A stretch of DNA of 64,000 bases from Candidatus Omnitrophota bacterium. Lineage in GTDB: Bacteria; Omnitrophota; Omnitrophia; Omnitrophales; Aquincolibacteriaceae. The notes beneath the pieces were generated by a model. It was not told where the DNA came from. It saw nothing but the letters and a program-made list of their open reading frames with translations, and did no database searches. Below, piece by piece: positions 55,493-64,000 of the stretch. The DNA lies in NCBI GenBank assembly GCA_903856085.1, contig CAIOAT010000003.1, positions 64,318-128,317 of the forward strand, written 5' to 3'. A program made the position numbers and the translations under genes. The first letter of the stretch is position 1; the number at the start of each line of letters is the position of its first letter.

Positions 55493-56336
55493 GACGGCTC
55501 TTTTTCTTGAAATGATCAAGTTCGAGCATTCGATCTTTGCTCTTCCCTTTGCGTATCTCGGGCTTTTCTTTGCCGAGAAAAAAATCCCGAGCTTTTTCCT
55601 CTTTTTCTGGATCACGGTTGCGATGGTAAGTTTTCGCACTCTGGCCATGAGCCTCAACCGGTTGCTTGACCGGACGATCGACGCGGAGAATCCGAGGACT
55701 CAAGGACGGGCGCTTCCGCAAAAAAAAATACGGGTGGGCTTTGTTTGGTTGGCGGTGCTCGCCTCGTTCCTTATTTTCGAATGGAGTTCTTTTACTCTCG
55801 GACCGTTGTGTTTTTGGCTTTCGCCGGTTCCCGTGGCCTTGGTGTGGATTTATCCGTTGACCAAGCGTTTCACATGGCTCTCGCATTTTGTGCTGGGGCT
55901 GGTCCTTGGGATCGCGCCGTACGGCGCCTGGATCGCAAGCCGGCAGTCGTTCGGCTGGGCGCCCGCATTCCTGACTTTGGGTGTCATGATGTGGGTCGCA
56001 GGTTTTGATATGATCTATGCTCTGCAGGACATGGATTTTGATCGTAAATCCGGGCTTTATTCCGTGCCGGCCAAGTTCGGAGAGGCGCGAACGCTTCAAA
56101 TCACCAAGGTGCTTCATGCGCTGGCCGTTCTCTGTTGGGCCGTGGCGGGTCTCTTGAATGGGGCAAGGTTGATCTATGGGTTTGGGTTGGTCCTGGTGGC
56201 TTATTTGCTTTGGCGCGAGCATCGACTGATGCTCTCTTCCGGTATCACGAAAATGAACGAGGCCTTTTTTATCATGAATGGCATCGTCAGCGTCGCGCTT
56301 TTTCTGGCTGTCGTGCTGGATGTGACGATAAAATAA
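55473..56336 (+). CDS. ubiA: UbiA-family prenyltransferase (MqnP-like)
   Basis: IKFEHSIFALPF, NRLLDR.ID.ENPRT, GFDMIYALQD. Confidence 0.92.
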   Translation: MKNIFAKTALFLEMIKFEHSIFALPFAYLGLFFAEKKIPSFFLFFWITVAMVSFRTLAMSLNRLLDRTIDAENPRTQGRALPQKKIRVGFVWLAVLASFLIFEWSSFTLGPLCFWLSPVPVALVWIYPLTKRFTWLSHFVLGLVLGIAPYGAWIASRQSFGWAPAFLTLGVMMWVAGFDMIYALQDMDFDRKSGLYSVPAKFGEARTLQITKVLHALAVLCWAVAGLLNGARLIYGFGLVLVAYLLWREHRLMLSSGITKMNEAFFIMNGIVSVALFLAVVLDVTIK

Positions 56337-56461
56337 AATTTTGAAGTGACAATAGCACGTAACGCGGCGACGCAAGCTGCCTGTCCTTTTGGCAACCAAG
56401 TAGCATTGTGCCGTACTCGGTATCCTTCGAAAGGCTTACCGTCCAATGGGAGGTGAGGGGA

Positions 56462-57574
56462 ATGAACAGGATCAAGACTGATAACTCTTTGAAACAAAAT
56501 GAGGCGTATTACCGCCAGCTGGTCCAGGACGCCAACAGCATCATCTTGCGCATGGATACCCAAGGAAAGATCACCTTCTTAAACAAATTCGCGCAGAAGT
56601 TCTTCGGATTCACGGAGAAAGGCATGCTGGGTAAAAGCGTGATCGGCACTATCGTGCCGGTGACAGACAGCGCGGGTCGGGATCTGAAGATCATGATCGA
56701 TGATATCGTGCGCAATCCGGGGAAGTATGTGAGTAATGAAAATGAGAACATGCTTCGCAGCGGAGAGCTCGTGTGGATTTCATGGACCAACAAAGCGTTA
56801 CCGGGCAAGAAAGGGCATACCCAAGAGATCCTCTGCGTGGGGAACGATATCAGCAAGATAAAAAAGGCTGAAGAGCTTTTGAAGCAGATGGACAAGCGGA
56901 AGTCGGCTTTTGTCGCCAATGTTTCTCATGAATTCAAAAACCCTTTATGCAGCATGCGGCTCTCGCTCGACTATCTCCTCGCCGGTTCGGCCGGCGAAAC
57001 CAACGAGCAGCAAAAGATGCTGCTTAAGATCGCCCAAAAAAGCACGGAGAGACTCATCCGGTTAGTCACCGATCTTCTGGATCTTTCAAAGATCGAAGCG
57101 GGAAAGATGAAGTTAAAAAAGGAAGAGGTTCGGATCACCGCTCTGGCCGATGAAGTGATTGTCGGCAGCGGTGATGAGATCTCCAAGAAACATATGATCC
57201 TAGAAAAAGATTTTTCTGAGAGTGCGGGATCAGTTTGGGCGGATCAGGACAAGCTGACCGAAGTTATTATCAATTTGCTGAGTAACGCCATAAAGTACAC
57301 TCCTGACGGCGGAAGAATTACTCTCGGTCTTTCCGGAACAAAAAAAGAGGTTCGTTTTGTAATAGCCGATTCGGGGCCGGGGATTGCCAAAGAGGATTTC
57401 TGCAAGCTGTTCGATAAATTCGAGCGTCTGACCGCCGAAAAAGAGGAAGGAACTGGTTTGGGTCTTTCTATCACCAAGGATATTATAGAACTTCATAAGG
57501 GCAAGATTTGGGTCGAAAGCGAACTGGGAAAAGGCAGTAAATTTATTTTTACATTGCCCAGAAAATGTAAATAG
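56462..57574 (+). CDS. Cytoplasmic PAS-domain histidine kinase
   Basis: PAS (ANSIILRMD...N...FFG...GK), SHEFKNPL, NLLSNAIKY, DSGPGI, GTGLGL. Confidence 0.92.
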   Translation: MNRIKTDNSLKQNEAYYRQLVQDANSIILRMDTQGKITFLNKFAQKFFGFTEKGMLGKSVIGTIVPVTDSAGRDLKIMIDDIVRNPGKYVSNENENMLRSGELVWISWTNKALPGKKGHTQEILCVGNDISKIKKAEELLKQMDKRKSAFVANVSHEFKNPLCSMRLSLDYLLAGSAGETNEQQKMLLKIAQKSTERLIRLVTDLLDLSKIEAGKMKLKKEEVRITALADEVIVGSGDEISKKHMILEKDFSESAGSVWADQDKLTEVIINLLSNAIKYTPDGGRITLGLSGTKKEVRFVIADSGPGIAKEDFCKLFDKFERLTAEKEEGTGLGLSITKDIIELHKGKIWVESELGKGSKFIFTLPRKCK

Positions 57575-57692
57575 AACAGCACCAAAAACCACAGCGAAAC
57601 GGGCACGCGGTCCCGTCCCATTCGACCCATAGGAAGTAGAAAAGTCCCAGGTGTCGAGGGACCAGGTTGAAAAAGCAGGATGAAAGAATAAT

Positions 57693-58298
57693 ATGAAACC
57701 TTATATTGTTGCTATGACAGGTGCCAGCGGATCGGTTTATGGAATACGGCTGCTCGAGGTACTCGCCGAACAGAAAATTCCGGTGGAGTTTGTGATCTCG
57801 GATACGGCGAAGATTGTGATGAAAGAAGAGTTGGGGGTCGAAGCCGGCGAAGGCGATCTCTTGACGAAACTCGGGATCGGGGATGCAAACAAGATACATC
57901 TTCATGATTTCAAGGATTTCACGGCACCGATTGCGAGCGGCTCTTACCCAACGGAAGGGATGGTCGTCATCCCGTGCAGCATGGGAACTCTGGGCGCGAT
58001 CGCATCTGGCTTGAGTCAGAATCTTATCCACCGCGCCGCGGATTGTACGATCAAAGAAGGACGTAAACTCATTCTCGTGCCGCGAGAAACTCCGCTTTCT
58101 GCCATTCATCTTGAAAATATGCTGAAACTTTCACGGCTTGGCGTTCGTATCGTGCCCGCGATGCCAGCTTTTTATTCTGGTCAGCAAAGCATTCAAGAGC
58201 TTATCGATTTTATGGTGGGAAAGACGCTCGATCAGATGGGCATCCCACACGCGCTTTATCCCCGATGGGTCGGAAGTCCCAGCCGCTCTCCGGAATAG
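57693..58298 (+). CDS. ubiX: Flavin prenyltransferase UbiX
   Basis: TGASG, IASGS, PCSMGTL, RAAD..KE.R, RETP. Confidence 0.94.
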   Translation: MKPYIVAMTGASGSVYGIRLLEVLAEQKIPVEFVISDTAKIVMKEELGVEAGEGDLLTKLGIGDANKIHLHDFKDFTAPIASGSYPTEGMVVIPCSMGTLGAIASGLSQNLIHRAADCTIKEGRKLILVPRETPLSAIHLENMLKLSRLGVRIVPAMPAFYSGQQSIQELIDFMVGKTLDQMGIPHALYPRWVGSPSRSPE

Positions 58299-58303
58299 AG
58301 ATC

Positions 58304-59152
58304 ATGAAAACACAAATCCGCCTCAAGATCGGGAAGATCCGCTATTTGAATTGTTTGCCATTCTATTTCGGTCTCCCGGAGATGCTCGCGGCAAAAGGGC
58401 TGGAGCCGGAAATGAGCTTTTTTGAATCGTATCCCGCCGAGATCAATCTGGCGATGCAGCGTGGGGAGATTGACGTGGCGCCTGTGTCGTCTTTGGAATA
58501 TCTTCAGCATCAGGACGATTATCTTTTGCTTTCCGACCTTGCGATCGGAACGCGGCTTTTCGCCCGGAGTGTGCTGCTCCTTTCCAAGAAAAAAATCGAA
58601 CAACTGAGTGGTTCGGTGATCGCTCTTTCAAGGGAAAGTCTCAGTTCCGCAGGTCTTGTGCGCATTCTCCTTGCGAAGAAATACGACCACCGCAATACGT
58701 TTGAGTTGACCGATCAAGATCCCGAGGCCATGCTTCAAAAATATCCGGCCGCGCTCGTGATAGGAGACCAGGCGCTTTTTTGCCAGCCTAAAGAACTGAT
58801 CTATAAATACGATCTCGGGGAATTGTGGCAGTCCTGGACCGGAAAGCCGTTCGTGTTCGCGCTCTGGGCTGTGCGCAAGGATTTTGCAGTTCGCCATCCA
58901 GAGTTGCTCAAGGCTTTTTCCGAAGTTCTGAAAGAAAATCTCCTGAGAAATCTCGCGGATACGGAAGGACTTCTAAAGCAGGCGCTTGGTATAGCACCTT
59001 CGGACAAACGATTCTGCCAGATGCTGGGTTATCTTGTGAATCTTCAATACACGTTGGATGCGGACATGAAAGAAGGCGTGTCGCGGTTCTTCGAGCTTGC
59101 TCATGAGGAAGGCCTCGCGCCCGCGCCCCAACCTCTTCAATTCTTCGAATAA
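58304..59152 (+). CDS. mqnA: Chorismate dehydratase (futalosine pathway)
   Basis: I.YLNCLP, VSS.EY, LVIGDQAL, DLGELW...TG.PFVFALW. Confidence 0.88.
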   Translation: MKTQIRLKIGKIRYLNCLPFYFGLPEMLAAKGLEPEMSFFESYPAEINLAMQRGEIDVAPVSSLEYLQHQDDYLLLSDLAIGTRLFARSVLLLSKKKIEQLSGSVIALSRESLSSAGLVRILLAKKYDHRNTFELTDQDPEAMLQKYPAALVIGDQALFCQPKELIYKYDLGELWQSWTGKPFVFALWAVRKDFAVRHPELLKAFSEVLKENLLRNLADTEGLLKQALGIAPSDKRFCQMLGYLVNLQYTLDADMKEGVSRFFELAHEEGLAPAPQPLQFFE

Positions 59153-60246
59153 TGAACCGCGGCGAAAGCATCCTCCAGAAACGCCTGAACGGCGAGAGGC
59201 TGACCCTCGAAGAGGGTGTGGGGCTTTATGCTTGCGATCTTTTAAGGTTAGGGCAAGTCGCGCAAAAGCTGACGCCGAGGCTTGTGTCAAACGCCGTCAC
59301 TTTTGTTGTGGACCGCAATATCAGCTACACCAATGTTTGTACGATAGGCTGCGATTTTTGCGCCTTTCATTGCACTCCCGGCGCTCCCGAAGCGTATGTC
59401 CTCTCCAAGGAAGAGATCCTGGAAAAAGTCCGGGAGCTCGCGGAGCTTGGAGGGACACAGGTCCTCATTCAGGGAGGCGTTCATCCGGATCTGCCGCTGA
59501 ATTACTATCTTGATATGGTTCGTGCGATCCATGAGAAATTTCCGAAGATCCGCATCCATTCTTTTTCGGCCATCGAAATGGACACTCTTGCGCAGAAAAG
59601 CAAGGTGCCCTTGCCCGAACTTTTCCGGATTTTCAAAGAAGCGGGTCTCAATTCTCTCCCCGGTGGTGGGGCGGAGATCCTTGTGGAGCGCACAAGAAAG
59701 CTCATCAGCCCGGCCAAGATTTCGTCCGACCGATGGCTCATGGTTATGCGGGTTGCGCATGACGCAGGTCTGAAGACTACGGCGACTATGGTTTTTGGCC
59801 ATGTCGAAACACTCGAGGAGCGTATTTTCCATTTGATCCGGTTGCGGGAATTGCAAGATCAGACGTACGGCTTCCGTGCGTTCATCCCTTGGAGTTTTGT
59901 GCCGCAAGGCACTCCCGGTATGAGTCATATAAAACCCGTGGGGGGGGATGACTACCTCAAGACCGTTGCAATCGCGCGTCTTATGCTCGATAATTTCGAG
60001 CATATTCAAAGCGGTTGGCTTACGGAGGGATTGAAGCTCGGGCAGATCGCGCTCGCATTCGGTTGCGATGATATGGGGGGTACGCTGATCGAGGATAAGG
60101 TCCTCGAGCCCACAGGTATCAAGGTCCATACCCGACGTGAGGACCTAATCCGCCTCATCCGAGATGCTGGGTTTATCCCCGTTCAGCGAGACACGGACTA
60201 CAGAATCTTAAAAGTTTTTGGGGAGGCGAGTGATGTCCATTCCTGA
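59152..60246 (+). CDS. mqnC: Cyclic dehypoxanthinyl futalosine synthase (radical SAM)
   Basis: DRNISYTNVC...CDFCAF, QGG.HP, PGGGAEIL, TATMVFGH, FIPW. Confidence 0.88.
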   Translation: MNRGESILQKRLNGERLTLEEGVGLYACDLLRLGQVAQKLTPRLVSNAVTFVVDRNISYTNVCTIGCDFCAFHCTPGAPEAYVLSKEEILEKVRELAELGGTQVLIQGGVHPDLPLNYYLDMVRAIHEKFPKIRIHSFSAIEMDTLAQKSKVPLPELFRIFKEAGLNSLPGGGAEILVERTRKLISPAKISSDRWLMVMRVAHDAGLKTTATMVFGHVETLEERIFHLIRLRELQDQTYGFRAFIPWSFVPQGTPGMSHIKPVGGDDYLKTVAIARLMLDNFEHIQSGWLTEGLKLGQIALAFGCDDMGGTLIEDKVLEPTGIKVHTRREDLIRLIRDAGFIPVQRDTDYRILKVFGEASDVHS

Positions 60247-60928
60247 TAAAAAATTTATCCGTGACACGTTTGATTCAATCACGCCACGCTATGATATGCT
60301 GAATCAGGTCCTGAGTTTCGGGATGTCGGAGGCCTGGCGCAAGCAGTCGGCGGAGATTCTTTTGCAGAATCCCGGTTTTTTTCCCAAGACCCTTCTGGAC
60401 CTCGGCTGCGGGACTGGAAAATTTCTGGAATGTTTTTTGAAAGCGAGGTCCTGGGAGAGTGCGACCGGAGTGGATTTCTCGGTGGCCATGCTTAAAAAAG
60501 CGCGTGAAACGGTCTCGGGAAATGTGATGTGGCTTCAGGAGGATTTTGATTCTTTGCCGTTTCTTGACGGGAGCTTTGACCTGGTGATCTCGGGGTTTAC
60601 GTTGCGAAGTGTCCAGAAGCTCCCGGAATTTCTGGACAAAGTTCATTGTATTTTGACGCTGGGAGGGAAGGCTGCTTTTCTGGACCTGACGCGGCCGCGT
60701 AATTTTTGGGTCCGGTTGCTGTTCTATCCTTATTTGAAATTCGTGCTGCCGCTTTTGGGATGGTTTCTTTCAGGCAACCAAAAAGCCTATGGTTTTTTGT
60801 CCGGTTCAGTCCGGAACTTCCAGGCTCCCGAGGAAACGGTCCGGTTGATGCAGGCTGTCGGGTATCGCGATTGCACGAGTAAAAGCTTTGCTTTTGGTGC
60901 GGCCACGCTTATCATAGGTTCGAAATAA
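60233..60928 (+). CDS. menG: UbiE/MenG-family quinone methyltransferase
   Basis: FD.I..RYD.LN..LSFG...WR, LDLGCGTG, AY.FL..S. Confidence 0.85.
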   Translation: MSIPDKKFIRDTFDSITPRYDMLNQVLSFGMSEAWRKQSAEILLQNPGFFPKTLLDLGCGTGKFLECFLKARSWESATGVDFSVAMLKKARETVSGNVMWLQEDFDSLPFLDGSFDLVISGFTLRSVQKLPEFLDKVHCILTLGGKAAFLDLTRPRNFWVRLLFYPYLKFVLPLLGWFLSGNQKAYGFLSGSVRNFQAPEETVRLMQAVGYRDCTSKSFAFGAATLIIGSK

Positions 60929-60935
60929 CTTCAAA

Positions 60936-61394
60936 ATGATGACTCCAGAAGAAAAAATCACACAATTAGGTCTGTCTCTTCCGCCCGCACCCAAGCCTGT
61001 GGGGCTTTATCAACCGTTCGTGGTGTCTGGAAAACTGGCATTCTTAAGTGGTCAGATCTCCAAGGACGCGGAAGGCAAGGTTCTGGCGGGGAAAGTTGGA
61101 AAAGATCTGTCCTTGGCCGAAGGACAAGCGGCTGCGCACCTTGCGGCACTCAATGTTTTAAGTATCATGAAGTACTTGATCGGGTTTGAGAAGATCCAAC
61201 GCGTTGTTAAGATGACTGGTTTTATCCAAACGGCACCGGATTTTTATGAAATCCCTGCGGTTCTGAACAAAGCCTCAGAACTTTTCGCGGAGGTGCTCGG
61301 CGCTCAGGGCGCGCACGCCCGTTCTGCCGTGGGCATGAGCAGTTTACCGCTCAATGCCGCAGTCGAGATTGAACTTGTTTTAGAACTAAAATAG
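60936..61394 (+). CDS. RidA/YjgF-family protein
   Basis: LSGQI, G.VG, N.ASEL, HARSAVG..SLP..A.VEIE. Confidence 0.88.
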   Translation: MMTPEEKITQLGLSLPPAPKPVGLYQPFVVSGKLAFLSGQISKDAEGKVLAGKVGKDLSLAEGQAAAHLAALNVLSIMKYLIGFEKIQRVVKMTGFIQTAPDFYEIPAVLNKASELFAEVLGAQGAHARSAVGMSSLPLNAAVEIELVLELK

Positions 61395-61408
61395 CGGAAA
61401 GAGATGGC

Positions 61409-62281
61409 ATGAAAGGTTTCCTTAAATTTGTTGTCGTTTTTTCAGGCATTCTTCTCCTGAGCGCGGTTCTCGCGCCGGTGTTGCATCCTTTTCTGCCTTA
61501 CAGCTTTGCGCGTGTCTTTAACCGGCTTGTCATGGTGAGCGCGCTTCTCGCGGTCCTGATCTTTGTGAGATTTCGAAAAGTGATGTTCGTGCAGTTCGGG
61601 ATGGATTGGAGGAAGGACAGTCGGCGCCTTTTTTTGACCGGATTTCTGACCGGGACGATTGTCCTGGTGTTTTTTACGATCACCCAGCTTCTTACGGGAA
61701 ATGCCGCCCTATCTCTTCGCGATCTTTCTTGGCAAAGGTGGGTGTATAAGTTTGCTAGCTGTCTAGGCGGGGGACTGTTGATCGGAATCATGGAAGAGTT
61801 TTTCTTTCGTGGGTTCATTTTTACTACCCTTCGCGACAAGATGTTCCGGGGGAGCGTTCCTCTGGCGATGGTCGTCACAAGCCTTTTTTATGCGGCCATT
61901 CATTTTGTCAGTATCCGTAAACCTGTGATCAGCCAAGCTCCGGGGTTCATGGATAGTCTGAAGATGATCGTGGCACCTATCCAGTCTTTCGCGGACTGGC
62001 AAGCTGTGTGGCCGGCGGCCATCGGGCTATTTCTCTTCGGGATGATACTGAATTATTGCGCGGTGCGTACCCGATCGCTTTATGCTTCGATAGGGTTGCA
62101 CGCGGGAGCTGTTTTTTTTGTAAGGGTCATCGGGCTTTTTGTAGTGTTTTTGGAAAAGAACGTTCTTTTCTGGAGTACGAAAAAGGTCTATGACGGCGCC
62201 TTGGGTTGGATCTTCTTGCTTTTGATCGGATGGATCTTGAGCAAGCTTCTGAGAAAAGCAGAACCTCTTAAAATCACCTAG
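61409..62281 (+). CDS. CPBP-family intramembrane glutamic endopeptidase
   Basis: EEFFFRG, F...H, SIGLH motifs; multiple TM helices. Confidence 0.87.
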   Translation: MKGFLKFVVVFSGILLLSAVLAPVLHPFLPYSFARVFNRLVMVSALLAVLIFVRFRKVMFVQFGMDWRKDSRRLFLTGFLTGTIVLVFFTITQLLTGNAALSLRDLSWQRWVYKFASCLGGGLLIGIMEEFFFRGFIFTTLRDKMFRGSVPLAMVVTSLFYAAIHFVSIRKPVISQAPGFMDSLKMIVAPIQSFADWQAVWPAAIGLFLFGMILNYCAVRTRSLYASIGLHAGAVFFVRVIGLFVVFLEKNVLFWSTKKVYDGALGWIFLLLIGWILSKLLRKAEPLKIT

Positions 62282-62299
62282 CTCGGAAATACTTTCACC

Positions 62300-63379
62300 A
62301 TGACCACGTTCAATAAAATTACCCGTGAAAAAGTTCTCGAATGTCTCAAGCAGGTCCAGGAGCCTGTTTTGAAAGAAGATATTGTTTCCCTCGGCCTTGT
62401 GCGAGAGATCGAGATTGATAAGAACCATGCTTTCCTTCATCTGGAATCTTCTGTCGAGGATCCGTGCCTGCTTGAAAAATTACGTCTGGCGATCGTTCAG
62501 GCCGTGAAGGAGGCGGGTGCGAGTGGATGCGAGGTGCATTTTTCAGGAAAACCGAAAGCGAAGTGCGGGGTCAGCGCTTCAGCCTGCGAAGACGTGGACA
62601 TTAAGTCCCCGCGAGCGTGCCCGGGACATGAGGCGCGGGCTTTTCAACGGATTCCCGGAGTGAAACATGTGGTTGCTGTGGCGAGCGGGAAAGGTGGGGT
62701 CGGAAAATCGACCGTGGCTGTGAACCTGGCGCTCGCGCTCAAGCAGCTTGGGGCTAAAGTGGGTTTGATGGATGCGGATATCTATGGGCCGAATATTCCG
62801 ATCATGCTTGGAATCCCGCCCGGAAAGCGTCCGGAAGGGAATGTCGAGAAGATAGTTCCCCTTGAAGCTCATGGCGTGAAAGCGATCTCCATCGGTTTTT
62901 TTGCGAATCCTGAGCAGCCGGTGATTTGGCGCGGGCCGCTTCTTCATAAGACCCTGGAGCAGTTCCTGCACCGGGTGGATTGGGGCGAGCTTGATTATCT
63001 GGTTGTGGATCTGCCTCCCGGGACTGGCGATGTTCAATTGTCTTTGTCTCAATGGGTGAGTTTGTCGGGCGCAGTCGTGGTGTCGACGCCCCAAGAAGTG
63101 GCTTTAACCGATGTCCGGAAAGCGGTGAACATGTTCCGTCAGCTCGAGGTTCGGATACTGGGCGTGGTTGAGAACATGACCGGACCGGTATTCGGAAAAG
63201 GTGGTGGCGAAAAGATGGCCGGGGTGTTTCAGATCCCCTTCTTAGGCGACATTCCTCTTGAGGCCCAAGTGCGGGAATGTGGTGACTCGGGGTTGCCGGT
63301 CGTCGTCGGGCATCCCAAGAGTCCTATCAGTGAGCGGTTCATGAAAATCGCGGAAGCGGTTCGCAAAGCATTGCAATAA
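62300..63379 (+). CDS. mrp: Mrp/NBP35 (ApbC) ATP-binding protein
   Basis: N-terminal DUF59-like domain, SGKGGVGKST, DADIYGP, WRGP, DLPPGTGD, ENM. Confidence 0.92.
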   Translation: MTTFNKITREKVLECLKQVQEPVLKEDIVSLGLVREIEIDKNHAFLHLESSVEDPCLLEKLRLAIVQAVKEAGASGCEVHFSGKPKAKCGVSASACEDVDIKSPRACPGHEARAFQRIPGVKHVVAVASGKGGVGKSTVAVNLALALKQLGAKVGLMDADIYGPNIPIMLGIPPGKRPEGNVEKIVPLEAHGVKAISIGFFANPEQPVIWRGPLLHKTLEQFLHRVDWGELDYLVVDLPPGTGDVQLSLSQWVSLSGAVVVSTPQEVALTDVRKAVNMFRQLEVRILGVVENMTGPVFGKGGGEKMAGVFQIPFLGDIPLEAQVRECGDSGLPVVVGHPKSPISERFMKIAEAVRKALQ

Positions 63380-63397
63380 AATACTACCGAGGGAAAA

Positions 63398-63988
63398 ATG
63401 AAAAAACAAAAAGTAGGGCAGGGGGAAGGAAGATTTGAAGGGTTGGTCAAGGAGATGCTCACGCTTCTTGGAGAAGACCCCAAGCGCGAAGGGCTCGAGA
63501 GGACACCTGTGCGTGTGGCGAAGTCGCTTCGGTATCTGACGCAAGGTTATCAGATGGATGCCAAAGAGATCCTGAAGCATGCGGTCTTTAAGGAACCTTA
63601 CGATGAGATGGTCATCGTCAAGGATATCGAGATCTTTTCACTTTGCGAACACCACATGCTTCCTTTTTACGGTAAAGCCCACGTCGCCTACATTCCGAAC
63701 GGGAAGATCATCGGACTTTCCAAGATCCCGCGCCTCGTGGAGGTATTCTCCAAGCGACTTCAGGTCCAGGAGCGCCTGACGACGCAGATCGCGGAATGTT
63801 TGATGAAGGCGCTTCAGCCGAAAGGCGTTGCAGTCGTGATCGAAGCGTTGCATCTGTGCATGTCCATGCGCGGCGTCAGGAAGGCCGATGCTTACACCAT
63901 TACCAGTTCCATGCTCGGCGCTTTCCGCAAAGACGCTCGCTCTCGCAGCGAATTTCTCAGCTTGATCCGGTTGAAAAGGGAAGAGTAA
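63398..63988 (+). CDS. folE: GTP cyclohydrolase I
   Basis: [34 protein letters not shown]. Confidence 0.95.
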   Translation: MKKQKVGQGEGRFEGLVKEMLTLLGEDPKREGLERTPVRVAKSLRYLTQGYQMDAKEILKHAVFKEPYDEMVIVKDIEIFSLCEHHMLPFYGKAHVAYIPNGKIIGLSKIPRLVEVFSKRLQVQERLTTQIAECLMKALQPKGVAVVIEALHLCMSMRGVRKADAYTITSSMLGAFRKDARSRSEFLSLIRLKREE

Positions 63989-64000
63989 AAAAGAGGGCCA

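Overview
A ~52% GC, gene-dense chromosomal segment from an anaerobic diderm bacterium. Gene order and protein style suggest a PVC-group lineage such as Ca. Omnitrophota (inference, not verified). 1-13.7 kb is an [FeFe]-hydrogenase island: the tail of a GltD-like/NuoF-fused partner plus HydA1, rex, an AhpD/CMD protein, a tetrameric HndABCD-type enzyme (HydA2), and a maturation operon (TM1266-family regulator, aspartate ammonia-lyase-like gene, hydF, hydG, hydE). That operon sits behind a structured leader with a switchable terminator/antiterminator. The rest is mostly housekeeping: tRNA-Leu(GAG), pmm/manC, uppP, rlmI, lsrF, nfuA, a small carD-like/CxxC-x17-CxxC module, trpS-scpAB-pheA-hisC-aroF-tyrA-rpsA-fabF, a lone lpxA, tyrS, a Gld-like ABC system, and yggS-proC-yggT-punA-ileS. 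It continues with an inserted HK/RR/HD-GYP block, dksA-lspA-lgt-rluD, a futalosine-type menaquinone cluster interrupted by a PAS kinase, then mrp and folE. No CRISPR array, prophage or intact transposase is visible. The best leads are non-coding: the attenuator upstream of the maturases, a ~175-nt orphan structured RNA after hydE, an atoC-like RNA motif upstream of the HD-GYP gene, and dispersed 7-nt-period intergenic repeats. Several proteins have also lost canonical metal ligands. All family calls come from motif recognition by eye; no database searches were run.
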